NCBI GenBank assembly: GCA_026708265.1
Contig: JAPOVI010000229.1
Span: 6,847-70,846, forward strand
DNA from: Acidobacteriota bacterium
GTDB lineage: Bacteria; Acidobacteriota; Vicinamibacteria; Vicinamibacterales; UBA8438
Reading direction: 5' to 3'
DNA: 64,000 nucleotides
Made by a program: the position numbers and the translations under genes. Each line of letters opens with the position of its first letter. The stretch's first letter is position 1. The notes beneath the pieces were generated by a model. That model was given only the letters and a program-made list of their open reading frames with translations, did no database searches and was not told the origin of the DNA. Positions 29,510 to 39,714 of this stretch are shown here, piece after piece.

Positions 29510-29548
29510 CGGGGGCGGCGAGCCGGGACCCACGGGAGACAGCGTCGA

Positions 29549-31096
29549 ATGAACAAGGAGATGATCGTCACCTCGAACGGTCACGAGGTCGTGGCTGCGA
29601 TTCTCGAGGACGGGAAGGTGGCGGAGATCTACGTCGAGCGGGAACGGCAGCGCGGCGTCGTCGGCAACATCTACAAGGGGCGGGTCAGCAAGGTCCTGCC
29701 CGGCATGCAGTCGGCCTTCGTGGACATCGGCCTCGAGCGTGACGCCTTCCTCTACGTGTCGGATGTGGTGGATACGCTCGACGAGTTCGACCGGCTCGAG
29801 CAGGCGGACGGCGAGGAGGCCGGCGGGCGGGACAGGCCGCGTGGGGGAGGCGGCCGCGCGAACGGCCGGGATCGGCCCGCTCAGAAGATCGAGGATCTCC
29901 TGACCGCCGGCCAGGAGATCCTCGTCCAGGTCGTCAAGGAACCGCTCGGCACCAAGGGGGCGCGCGTGACGTCCCACGTCAGCGTCCCCGGACGGTTCCT
30001 CGTGTTCATGCCGACCGTCGACCACGTAGGCGTCTCTCGGAAGATCGACGAGCGCGACGAACGCAGCCGGCTCCGCGGCATCGTGCGGCAGTTCCGGGAC
30101 GAGCACGGTTTCACGGGCGGCGTCATCATCCGGACGGCGGCCGCCGGACGCCCCCGCGAAGACATCGACGGAGATCTGGGCTACTTCCACCAGCTCTGGA
30201 ACGACACCCGGTCGCGCGTGGACAGCAGCCGTGCGCCGGCCGTCATTCACCGCGAGGAGAGCCTGGTGGCGAAGCTCCTGCGCGACCTGCTCAGCGACGA
30301 CTTCTCGGCCATCCGGATCGACGAGGCGGAGGAGCACCGCCGGGTCGTGCGACTCGTCGAGCGCATCATGCCGGACATCGTCGGGCGTGTGCAGCACTAC
30401 ACGAAGGCGTTCCCCATCTTCGAGGAGTACGGCGTCCAGACCGAGCTCGACAAGGCGCTCAGGAGCAAGGTGTGGCTGAAGTCGGGCGGCTACATCGTCA
30501 TCAACCACACGGAGGCGCTCGTCGCCATCGACGTCAATACCGGGCGCTACGTGGGGAAGCGGAGCGGGCGGCTGGAGGACACGATCGTCAAGACCAACCT
30601 GGAAGCCGCCCGCGAGATCGTCCGCCAGATCCGGCTCCGCGACCTCGGGGGCATCATCGTGCTCGACTTCATCGACATGGAGGAGCGCAAGAACCGCCAG
30701 AAGGTGTTCCAGGCGTTCGAGCAGGAGTTGCGCCGCGACCGCTCGCCGTCGAAGGCGGTGCAGGTATCCGACTTCGGGCTCATCATCGCGACCCGCAAGC
30801 GCGTCAAGCAGAGCCTGGAGAGGACGCTGACGGATCCGTGTCCGTACTGCTCCGGGAGCGCCGTCATCAAGTCGAGCGCCACGATCTGCTACGACATTCT
30901 GTCGGAGCTTCGCAAGGTGAGCGGCGAGCTCAACGGACAGGCGGTGCTCATCCGTGTCAACCCCGACATCGCGCGCGCACTGGGAGCGGAGGAACGCGGA
31001 GTGCGGCGGGAGATAGAGCGGGTGCTCGGCAGGAGCGTCACCATCAGGCCGGACGTCCAACTGCACCACGAGCAGTTCGACGTGATGGCCTGCTAG
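29549..31096 (+). CDS. rng: ribonuclease G (Rne/Rng family, catalytic domain only)
   Basis: S1 domain GNIYKGRVSKVLPGMQSAFVDIG, DNase I-like and Zn-link region (CPYCSGSAVIKS). At 515 aa it is RNase G-sized and has no RNase E scaffold. Confidence 0.9.
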   Translation: MNKEMIVTSNGHEVVAAILEDGKVAEIYVERERQRGVVGNIYKGRVSKVLPGMQSAFVDIGLERDAFLYVSDVVDTLDEFDRLEQADGEEAGGRDRPRGGGGRANGRDRPAQKIEDLLTAGQEILVQVVKEPLGTKGARVTSHVSVPGRFLVFMPTVDHVGVSRKIDERDERSRLRGIVRQFRDEHGFTGGVIIRTAAAGRPREDIDGDLGYFHQLWNDTRSRVDSSRAPAVIHREESLVAKLLRDLLSDDFSAIRIDEAEEHRRVVRLVERIMPDIVGRVQHYTKAFPIFEEYGVQTELDKALRSKVWLKSGGYIVINHTEALVAIDVNTGRYVGKRSGRLEDTIVKTNLEAAREIVRQIRLRDLGGIIVLDFIDMEERKNRQKVFQAFEQELRRDRSPSKAVQVSDFGLIIATRKRVKQSLERTLTDPCPYCSGSAVIKSSATICYDILSELRKVSGELNGQAVLIRVNPDIARALGAEERGVRREIERVLGRSVTIRPDVQLHHEQFDVMAC

Positions 31097-31105
31097 CGTT
31101 GCCCC

Positions 31106-31609
31106 TCAGCCGCCCGGCGTGCGCTTCCAGACGTCGTCGAGGGCGTCTGCCTTGAGCAGCTTCGTGGCGAAGACGATCTGCCCCGCGTGGGTGGCGAAGT
31201 GCACGAGCTGCATGCCGATCACCTGCAGGAACGTGGACGGCTGCGAGGCGCGGTCGGCCCGCTCGAGCAGGCGCCCGGGGTCGAACGCGGCAAGCACCTC
31301 GTCGGCCTCGTGCACGGCCAGGTCGAGCCGGGCCTGTAGCTCGGCTCGGGCGATCTCGCGCCGCTCCGCGAACTCGCCGTCCCGATCCCGCACGAAATCC
31401 CGCTCGCCGACGATGTGGCCGATGTAGTAGCGGGTCGAGCCGATGCAGTGCAGCACGAGATTCCCGATCGCGTTGGACGACTCGTTGGCGCGCCACCAGA
31501 TCTGCTGATCGTTCAGGGCGTCCAGGCAGGTTCGCACCTGTCCCGGAAGGTGCACGACCAACCGGGAGCGGGCCATCTCGAGAAAGGCGCGTTCGGCGTT
31601 CGGTTCCAT
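31106..31609 (-). CDS. DinB-superfamily protein (DUF1572 type)
   Basis: ATG at 31609 after GAGGGGAA. WWRANESSNAIGNLVLHCIGSTRYYIGH and the C-terminal HAGQIVF His triad context. Confidence 0.75.
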   Translation of the reverse strand: MEPNAERAFLEMARSRLVVHLPGQVRTCLDALNDQQIWWRANESSNAIGNLVLHCIGSTRYYIGHIVGERDFVRDRDGEFAERREIARAELQARLDLAVHEADEVLAAFDPGRLLERADRASQPSTFLQVIGMQLVHFATHAGQIVFATKLLKADALDDVWKRTPGG

Positions 31610-31647
31610 CCGATTCCCCTCGTGCAGCGACGCGCGAGCGGCGCGGC

Positions 31648-32103
31648 TCAGCGCCGCAACAGCGGCAGATAGCATAGTCCCGCGATCACCACATCGTACA
31701 TGGCGCAGGCGGTCGGGTACCAGGGCGAGGCCCCGGGGAGGGGCAACAGCTCCGCCGCGTGGGCCAGGTCGACCGCTCCGTGCGCCCCCCACCCCAGGGC
31801 GAGCCGCACCAGGGCCGCCGCCGGTTCCCACACCGTCGTCGCCAGCCCCGCAACCACGAAGAAGCCGATCGCCAGCGCGATGTCCAGCCCCGCGCCCGGC
31901 GCGGTCGGGTCCGCAACCGCAACGCCGGGATACACGGCCGCCTTGAAGGCCAGCAGAAGCGAGGCCAACTGCACGACGCGCAGCTCGATCACGCGCCGCT
32001 CCGGCGTGCCGGCGTCCGCGCGGGCGCAGAGGATCGCGAGCCACGCCAGGGCGGCGCCGGGCGCCGCGGCGGCCAGGGCGAGGGCCAGATGAGCCGGGGT
32101 CAC
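31648..32103 (-). CDS. hypothetical small membrane protein (151 aa)
   Basis: This is the last 151 codons of track ORF 31648..34746(-). It has three to four hydrophobic segments. The GTG at 32103 forms a GTGA overlap with the stop of the upstream small ORF. No family recognised. Confidence 0.4.
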   Translation of the reverse strand: MTPAHLALALAAAAPGAALAWLAILCARADAGTPERRVIELRVVQLASLLLAFKAAVYPGVAVADPTAPGAGLDIALAIGFFVVAGLATTVWEPAAALVRLALGWGAHGAVDLAHAAELLPLPGASPWYPTACAMYDVVIAGLCYLPLLRR

Positions 32104-32321
32104 GGCCCCTGGCGCCCCCCGGGCTCGCCGCCGGCGGACGGCGAAGGCGGAGCCGGCGCCGCTCCGTAGAAGATGGAATTGAACAACAGCTTGAACGTCC
32201 CCCGGGTCTGCCCGCGATGCTGCACGCGGAACGTGTGCAGGATGATGCGAAGACGAGTTGGGAACACGGTCGGTTCCGGCCCGCCGGACCGGGCGGCACC
32301 CCGGGGCGCGCCGGTCATCAT
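32100..32321 (-). CDS. hypothetical small protein (73 aa), possibly translationally coupled to the 31648-32103 gene
   Basis: Frame analysis of 32101-32200: this frame keeps G/C at 28 of 32 third positions, including through the locally AT-richer stretch (ACG TTC AAG CTG TTG TTC AAT TCC ATC TTC TAC). The overlapping long-ORF frame does not. The stop overlaps the next GTG (GTGA). No homology recognised. Confidence 0.35.
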   Translation of the reverse strand: MMTGAPRGAARSGGPEPTVFPTRLRIILHTFRVQHRGQTRGTFKLLFNSIFYGAAPAPPSPSAGGEPGGRQGP

Positions 32322-32373
32322 ACTCGACGCCGCGCCGCGCGCCGGTGCCCGACGCCCACGGCGGGAGTGGAGT

Positions 32374-33723
32374 ATGCTCCGCCGGAATGCGGGACCACCG
32401 GTGACGGATGCATGGCGCGTGCGCAGCGCGGCCGGCCTCACCGCCCTGGCGTTGGCGGCCGCGGCGTACGCCTTCCGCGAGACGCTGCCGGGCCGCCTGC
32501 GCGCCGCGATGGGGATCGCGGCCTTCCTGCTGGTGGTCGTGGCCTGTTCGTCGAACGTCCGGGCGATACGCTGGCGTACGGTCGCCTGGGGATTCGGCCT
32601 GCAGCTCGCGCTGGCCCTGCTGATCCTGAACGTCTCGTTCGGCGGCGTGCGGCCCGGCTACGAGCTCTTCTCCGCCGTCGCCGCGGTGGCGACGCGCTTC
32701 CTGGACTTCACGAACGCCGGCTCGACGTTCGTCTTCGGCGTGCTCGCGGACCCGGCGGCGATGGGCGAGGTGTTTCCCAACGGACTCGTCCTCGCGTTCT
32801 CGACCCTGCCCGTCATCATCTTCGCCTCCGCCGTCTTCACCGTCCTCTATCACCTGGGCCTGCTGCAGATCGGCGTGCGGCTGATGGCGCGCGTCATGAT
32901 GCCGCTGATGGGCACGAGCGGCGCCGAGACGCTGGCCGCCGCCGCCAACGTGTTCATGGGCCAGACCGAGGCTCCGATCATCGTGCGCCCCTACATCCGG
33001 GCCATGACCCGATCGGAGCTGCTGGCGTTGATGACCGGCGGGCTGGCCACCATCGCGGGCAGCATGTTCGTCGTCTACGTCAACCTCGGCGCCGATCCGG
33101 TGGCGATGCTGACGACGGGGGTGATGGCTGCACCGTGCGGCCTGTACCTCGCCAAGATCCTGCTCCCGGAGACCGAGACGCCGGCCACCGCCGGCGGCGC
33201 CCGGGTGGACGTCGAGCGCTCGCACGTCAACGTGATCGACGCCGCGGCGGGAGGCGCCGCCGACGGCATGCGGCTGGCGATGAACGTCGCGGCGGTGCCC
33301 ATCGCGTTCCTCGCTCTCGTCGCGATGGTCGACCACGGCCTCGGCCTGCTGCGCCCGGGGCTGTCGCTGGCCGGCATCTTCGCCGTCGTGTTCGCCCCCG
33401 TCGCGGCCCTCGTGGGCGTGCCGGCGGCGGACGTCCCGATCGTGGCGGATCTCCTCGGCACGAAGCTGGTCGCCACGGAGTTCGTCGCCTACCTGAAGCT
33501 GACCGGCGAGTACCAGGGGATCGTCAGCGAGCGGGCGCACGTCCTCTCCACCTACGCGCTCACCGGCTTCGCCAATCTCGGATCGATCGGCATCCTGCTG
33601 GGCGGCATCGGAGGCATGGCTCCCGAGCGCCGCGGCGACCTCGCCCGGCTGGGATCGCGCGCCCTGCTCGCGGGATTCGCGGCGACGCTCGTCAACGCGT
33701 CCATCGCCGCACTGCTCATCTGA
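32374..33723 (+). CDS. nupC: concentrative nucleoside transporter (NupC/CNT family)
   Basis: ATG at 32374 after GGGAGTGGAG. CNT motifs GTSGAETLAAAANVFMGQTEAP, LATIAGSM and TEFVAY. Confidence 0.88.
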   Translation: MLRRNAGPPVTDAWRVRSAAGLTALALAAAAYAFRETLPGRLRAAMGIAAFLLVVVACSSNVRAIRWRTVAWGFGLQLALALLILNVSFGGVRPGYELFSAVAAVATRFLDFTNAGSTFVFGVLADPAAMGEVFPNGLVLAFSTLPVIIFASAVFTVLYHLGLLQIGVRLMARVMMPLMGTSGAETLAAAANVFMGQTEAPIIVRPYIRAMTRSELLALMTGGLATIAGSMFVVYVNLGADPVAMLTTGVMAAPCGLYLAKILLPETETPATAGGARVDVERSHVNVIDAAAGGAADGMRLAMNVAAVPIAFLALVAMVDHGLGLLRPGLSLAGIFAVVFAPVAALVGVPAADVPIVADLLGTKLVATEFVAYLKLTGEYQGIVSERAHVLSTYALTGFANLGSIGILLGGIGGMAPERRGDLARLGSRALLAGFAATLVNASIAALLI

Positions 33724-33774
33724 CGCTCGGCGCCTGGGCGTCGCGTCCCGCCGGGGGCGGCGAAGCCCGCCCTG

Positions 33775-33780
33775 TATGAT
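33775..33780 (+). promoter_or_regulatory. -10-like box TATGAT, exactly 6 nt before the mtnA ATG (leaderless geometry)
   Basis: CCTGTATGATTGACCGATG. No Shine-Dalgarno sequence. The predicted transcription start coincides with the A of the ATG. Confidence 0.4.
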
Positions 33781-33786
33781 TGACCG

Positions 33787-34839
33787 ATGCTGCCGACCGT
33801 AGAGTGGCGGGACGATCACGTCGTGATGATCGACCAGCGCAAGCTCCCCGGCCGGGAGGTGTACGTCGAGTGCCGTACCGCCGTCGACGTCGCGCACGCC
33901 ATCGAGCGCATGGTCATCCGGGGCGCCCCCGCCATCGGTGTCGCGGCCGCGATGGGCCTTGCGCTCGGCGTGACGCGGGCCCGCGCCCAGGGCACGAGCA
34001 CGCTGGCCCGCGAGTTCTACCGGCTGTGCGAGCGGCTGGCCGAGACCCGGCCGACCGCCGTGAACCTCTTCTGGGCCATCGATCGCATGAAGCGCGTCTT
34101 CTCGGAAGCGGCGCGGTCCGGGTGGTCGCGGGACGAGATCGGCGAGCGGCTCGTGGCCGAGGCGAAGCGGATCCACGACGAGGACGTGGCGACCTGCCGC
34201 GCGCTCGGCGACCACGGCGCCGCCGTCCTTCCGGAGCAGGGCCGGGTGCTCACGCACTGCAACGCCGGCGCCCTCGCCACCGGCGGCTACGGCACCGCCC
34301 TCGGCGTCGTGCGGGCCGCGGTCGCGCACGGCAAGCGCATCGCGGTCTACGCCGACGAGACACGTCCGTTCCTCCAGGGCGCCCGCCTCACCGCGTGGGA
34401 GCTGCTCAACGACGGCATCGAGACCACCGTCATCGCCGACGGCATGGCCGGCTCCCTGCTGCGGGCCGGCACCGTGGACGTCGTCATCGTGGGCGCGGAC
34501 CGCGTGGCCGCCAACGGCGACGTCGCCAACAAGGTCGGCACCTACCCGGTGGCGGTGCTCGCCGACCGGCACGAGGTTCCCTTCTACGTCGCCGCACCGA
34601 CGTCGACCATCGACCTCGACACGCCGAACGGGGCCGGGATCCCGATCGAGGAGCGGAACGGGCGCGAGGTGACCCACCTGGGCTCGTCGCGCGTCGCGCC
34701 CGCCGGAGCCGGCGTCTGGAACCCCGCCTTCGACGTGACGCCGCACGACCTCGTCACCGGCATCATCACCGAGCGCGGGATCTGTCGTCCGCCGTACGGC
34801 GAGAACCTGCGCGCGATCTGTACAGGGGACGGGCGCTGA
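33787..34839 (+). CDS. mtnA: S-methyl-5-thioribose-1-phosphate isomerase
   Basis: eIF-2B alpha/beta/delta-like family. [20 protein letters not shown], the HCNAGALAT Cys, [18 protein letters not shown]. Confidence 0.9.
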   Translation: MLPTVEWRDDHVVMIDQRKLPGREVYVECRTAVDVAHAIERMVIRGAPAIGVAAAMGLALGVTRARAQGTSTLAREFYRLCERLAETRPTAVNLFWAIDRMKRVFSEAARSGWSRDEIGERLVAEAKRIHDEDVATCRALGDHGAAVLPEQGRVLTHCNAGALATGGYGTALGVVRAAVAHGKRIAVYADETRPFLQGARLTAWELLNDGIETTVIADGMAGSLLRAGTVDVVIVGADRVAANGDVANKVGTYPVAVLADRHEVPFYVAAPTSTIDLDTPNGAGIPIEERNGREVTHLGSSRVAPAGAGVWNPAFDVTPHDLVTGIITERGICRPPYGENLRAICTGDGR

Positions 34840-35948
34840 TGGCGACGGTGCTGGCCATCGAGACCTCCTGCGACGAGACGGCGGCCGCCGTCGTGTCGGA
34901 GACCGGCGACCGGGAGCGCCCGTGGCGCGTCCGGTCGAACACGGTCGCCTCGCAGGCCGAGATCCACCGCGAATGGGGCGGCGTCGTTCCCGAGCTCGCC
35001 TCCCGCCAGCACATCCGCGACATCTGCGGCGTCGTCGAGCGAGCCCTCGACGACGGCTGCGCCTCGTGGTCCGAGCTCGATGCCGTCGCCGTCACCCAGG
35101 GCCCCGGACTCGTGGGCTCGCTCCTCGTCGGGGTGGCGTTCGCCAAGGGGCTCGCGGCTTCGCTCGACCTGCCCCTGGTGCCGGTGCACCACCTTGCCGG
35201 GCACATCGAGTCCCTGGTCGTCGACAACGGGCGCCTGCCCCTGCCCGCGGTGGTGCTGGTGGTGTCGGGCGGGCACACCAACCTGTACGAGGTGACCGGC
35301 GAGGGGCATCCGCGCCACGACTGCCGGCTGATCGGGCGGACGCGGGACGACGCGGCGGGGGAGGCTTTCGACAAGGTGGCGGCCCTGCTGGGCCTGACCT
35401 ATCCCGGCGGGCCCGTCATCGATCGGGTCGCGCGCGGCGGCGACGACACCGCCGTCGACTTTCCGGTCGCGCGGATGACCCATGCGGACCGGACCGCGGG
35501 CGCGACCGCCGCGCCCGTCGGCATCGCCGCCGAGCGGCGCGCGCGCTGGATGGAGTTCAGCTTCAGCGGGCTGAAGACCGCGGTCAAACGGCACGTGGAG
35601 GCGCGACGGGCGGCGCGGGGAGACGCCGATCTGGCGGACGCCGAGGTGGCGGACATCTGCGCCAGCTTCCAGCGCGCCGTGGTGCGCGCCCTGCTCGACC
35701 GGGTCCTCACGGCGGCCCGCGCCTCGAGCGCGCGCTCCATCGGGATCGCGGGCGGGGTGTCGGCGAACTCGCGCCTCCGGGCGGACGCGACCGCGCAGGC
35801 CGCCGCGGCGGGGTTGCCGCTGGCGCTGCCGACCCTGGCCCTGGCGACCGACAACGCGGCGATGATCGGCGCCGCGGGTCTGCGGCTGCTGCGGGCCGGC
35901 GTCAGGGCGCCGCTCGACCTGAACGCGCGCGCGTCCCTGGAGTTCTGA
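34839..35948 (+). CDS. tsaD: tRNA N6-adenosine threonylcarbamoyltransferase
   Basis: The ATG overlaps the mtnA stop (TGATG). LAIETSCDETAAAV, HHLAGHI metal site, VSGGHT, GGVSANSRLR. Confidence 0.92.
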   Translation: MATVLAIETSCDETAAAVVSETGDRERPWRVRSNTVASQAEIHREWGGVVPELASRQHIRDICGVVERALDDGCASWSELDAVAVTQGPGLVGSLLVGVAFAKGLAASLDLPLVPVHHLAGHIESLVVDNGRLPLPAVVLVVSGGHTNLYEVTGEGHPRHDCRLIGRTRDDAAGEAFDKVAALLGLTYPGGPVIDRVARGGDDTAVDFPVARMTHADRTAGATAAPVGIAAERRARWMEFSFSGLKTAVKRHVEARRAARGDADLADAEVADICASFQRAVVRALLDRVLTAARASSARSIGIAGGVSANSRLRADATAQAAAAGLPLALPTLALATDNAAMIGAAGLRLLRAGVRAPLDLNARASLEF

Positions 35949-35960
35949 CGGAGTCTCGAC

Positions 35961-37307
35961 ATGACGGATCCGGCCCCGGCGCCCTGGTACGGGCGGACGC
36001 ACTGGCGAATCCTGGCCGCCCTCGTGGTCGGCCTGGTCTACGGGGTGGTGGCCGCGCTCGCCGGCTGGTCGGAATTCACGGCCGACTGGATCACGCCCTG
36101 GGGCACGATATTCCTGCGCCTGCTGCTGCTCATCGCGGTGCCGCTGGTGCTCGGGTCGCTGATCACGGGAGTCGCATCGCTCGCGGATCTCCGCCGCCTC
36201 TCGCGCATCGGCAGCCGGACCATCGCCATCTACCTCGCCACGACGTTCGTGGCGCTCGTCATCGGGCTCGCGCTCGTCAACTCGATTCAGCCGGGCGCCT
36301 CGATTCCGGAGGACGTGCGGACCCGCTTGCAGGAGCAGTACGAGAGCGACGTGGAGGACCGGCAGGCGACGGCGGCCGAGGTGGCGGAGCGGAGCCCGCT
36401 CCAGCCTCTCGTCGACATGGTGCCCGACAACGCCCTCTTCGCGGCGACGCGCAACCGCGAGATGCTGAGCGTCGTCTTCCTGGCCTTCCTGCTCGGGGTC
36501 GCCCTGCTGCGCCTGCCGCGCGCACAGGCCCAACCCCTTCTCGATCTGTTCTCCAGCCTCAACGCCAGCATCATCAAGATCGTCGAGATGATCCTCGTCG
36601 TCGCCCCGGTCGGCGTCTTCGCTCTCATCGCCGGCACGATCACGACCGTGTCCGGCGACGATCCCGCCAACGTCGCGCAGATCATCGGCGCCCTCGGCCT
36701 GTACAGCCTCACCGTGCTTGCCGGCCTGCTGCTCCACGCGGGGGTCACCTACCCGACCCTGCTCGCGCTCTTCACCCGGATCGGGCCGGTGACGTTCTTC
36801 CGGGGCATCTCCCAGGCGCAGCTCGTCGCGTTCTCGACGTCGTCGAGCGCGGCCACGCTCCCGGTGACGATGCGGGCCGCCGAGCGGAACCTCGGCGTGT
36901 CGGAGGAGGTGGCCTCCTTCGTCCTCCCGCTGGGGGCGACCATCAACATGGACGGGACGGCCGTCTACATGGCCGTGGCCGCGGTCTTCATCGCCCAGAC
37001 GCTCGGCATCCCCCTCGATTTCGCCGCCCAGGCCACCATCGTCTTCACGGCGCTGCTGGCGTCCATCGGGACGGCCGCCGTGCCGAGCGCGGGACTCGTG
37101 ATGCTGATCATCGTGCTCGAGGCGATCGGGGTGCCGAGCGAGGGCCTGGCCCTCATCCTCGGTGTCGATCGGCTGCTCGACATGTGCCGTACCGCCACGA
37201 ACGTCACGGGCGACGCCGCGGTCGCGGCGGCGATCACGGCGGGGGAGCGCTCCGCCCCGCCGGGCGGGCCAGCCGGGGCGGCCGGCGGCGCGGGGGGAGG
37301 CGCATGA
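35961..37307 (+). CDS. dicarboxylate/amino acid:cation symporter (DAACS family)
   Basis: FSTSSSAATLPVTM and GATINMDGTAVY hairpin motifs, eight TM plus two re-entrant loops. The C-terminus is Gly/Ala-rich. Confidence 0.88.
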   Translation: MTDPAPAPWYGRTHWRILAALVVGLVYGVVAALAGWSEFTADWITPWGTIFLRLLLLIAVPLVLGSLITGVASLADLRRLSRIGSRTIAIYLATTFVALVIGLALVNSIQPGASIPEDVRTRLQEQYESDVEDRQATAAEVAERSPLQPLVDMVPDNALFAATRNREMLSVVFLAFLLGVALLRLPRAQAQPLLDLFSSLNASIIKIVEMILVVAPVGVFALIAGTITTVSGDDPANVAQIIGALGLYSLTVLAGLLLHAGVTYPTLLALFTRIGPVTFFRGISQAQLVAFSTSSSAATLPVTMRAAERNLGVSEEVASFVLPLGATINMDGTAVYMAVAAVFIAQTLGIPLDFAAQATIVFTALLASIGTAAVPSAGLVMLIIVLEAIGVPSEGLALILGVDRLLDMCRTATNVTGDAAVAAAITAGERSAPPGGPAGAAGGAGGGA

Positions 37308-37869
37308 CGCCGGACCGGGCGGACGCCTGGGCGCTGCTGACGGAATACACGAAGGGCGAGAGCCTCCTGAAGCACGCGCTGGCCGTCGAGGCGGCCGTGC
37401 GCGGATACGCGGAGACGTTCGGCGAGGATGTCGAAGGCTGGGGCATCGTGGGGTTGCTCCACGACTTCGACTACGAGCGGTGGCCCGACGCGGCCGACCA
37501 CCCGTTCCGCGGCGGCGAGATCCTCGCGGCGCGCGGCTATCCCGAATACATGCGGCGCGCCATCCTGTCGCATGCGGACTACAGCGGCGTCCCGCGGGAG
37601 TCGCGGCTCGAGCACACGCTGTTCGCCTGCGACGAGCTGGCCGGGTTCATCACCGCGGCGTCGCTGATCCGGCCGACGCGCAGCGTCCTCGATCTCGAGG
37701 TCCGGTCCGTCCGGAAGCGGATGAAGGACAAGGCCTTCGCGCGCGCCGTCAGCCGCGAGGACCTGCGCCGCGGAGCGGAGGAGCTCGGCCTGCCCCTCGA
37801 CGATCACATCGCGAACGTGATTCGCTTCCTGCGGGGCAGCGCGGAGGAGCTCGGGCTCCGGGGAAGCCT

Positions 37870-37873
<4 letters not shown>
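37304..37873 (+). CDS. HD-domain metal-dependent phosphohydrolase
   Basis: ATGA overlap with the DAACS stop. H...HD motif (LKHALAVE..., GLLHDFDYE). Confidence 0.8.
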
Positions 37874-38820
<947 letters not shown>

Positions 38821-38874
38821 CATCGGACGCGCGACGGAGCGCCCGGCGACCCCCGGTCGGCTGACCCCGCCACC

Positions 38875-39714
38875 ATGGGGATCCACGACCAGAGCTACCG
38901 CCGCTACGCGGGACCGCGCACCGAGCCCGGCGCGGCGTGGGGCGTGATCGCCTGGAGCGGCATTCGGGCACTGCTGGCGAGGCGCCTCTTTCTCGTCGTG
39001 CTGCTGTTCGCCTGGTCGCAGTTCGTCGTCCGGGCGGTGGTGTTCTACCTGTCGGCGAACTTCCCGTCGATGGAGCTGATCGCTCCCTCCGCGCAGACGT
39101 TCCGCGATTTCTTCGACCAGCAGGACTTCTTCGTCTTCGTCGTCACCGTCTACGCGGGAGCAGGACTCATCGCCAACGACCGCCGGGCCAACGCGCTGCA
39201 GATCTACCTGGCGAAGCCGTTGACGCGGGCCGAGTACGTCGCCGGCAAGGCGGGCGTGCTCGTGGTCTTCCTGCTGCTCGTGACCTGGACGCCCGCGATG
39301 CTGCTGCTGGTCCTCCAGACGATGTTCGCCGGCAGCCTCGCGTTCGTGCGCGAGAACGTCTTCCTCGTCCCGGCGATGACGGTCTTTGCTTTGCTGGAGG
39401 TGCTGGCGGCGACCTTCGCGATGCTCGCCCTGTCGTCGCTGTCGACGAGTGCACGCTTCGCCGGCATGCTCTACGCGGGCGCGATTCTGTTCACGACGGC
39501 GATCTTCCAGACCGTGCGCGGCGTCACCGGTTCGAGCGCCGCGTCCTGGATCTCGTTCAGCGCCAACCTGGCCCAGGTGGGCGACGTCATCTTCGGCGTC
39601 GCTCCGCGGCATGACACCCCGTGGGGCGTTTCGCTGCTGATCGTCGTGGGTCTCATCGGCGTCTCGCTCGCGGTGTTGCGCTGGAGGGTCCGCGGCGTGG
39701 AGGTGGTGACGTGA
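38875..39714 (+). CDS. ABC-2 type permease
   Basis: Six hydrophobic segments and the conserved ANDRRANALQIYLAKPLTRAEY motif of ABC-2 exporter permeases. Confidence 0.75.
   Translation: MGIHDQSYRRYAGPRTEPGAAWGVIAWSGIRALLARRLFLVVLLFAWSQFVVRAVVFYLSANFPSMELIAPSAQTFRDFFDQQDFFVFVVTVYAGAGLIANDRRANALQIYLAKPLTRAEYVAGKAGVLVVFLLLVTWTPAMLLLVLQTMFAGSLAFVRENVFLVPAMTVFALLEVLAATFAMLALSSLSTSARFAGMLYAGAILFTTAIFQTVRGVTGSSAASWISFSANLAQVGDVIFGVAPRHDTPWGVSLLIVVGLIGVSLAVLRWRVRGVEVVT

Noticed and set aside
32104-32373. A riboswitch upstream of nupC (and similarly upstream of mtnA, folE and lipA)
   Set aside because: I could not recognise any conserved riboswitch core (purine, SAM, THF, preQ1 or TPP motifs). The mtnA and folE upstream regions are too short, and the nupC spacer is better explained by a small minus-strand ORF.
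31648-34746. 1032-aa minus-strand ORF
   Set aside because: Only the last 151 codons look like a real (membrane) protein. The remainder is antisense to nupC and mtnA, which have clear motifs.
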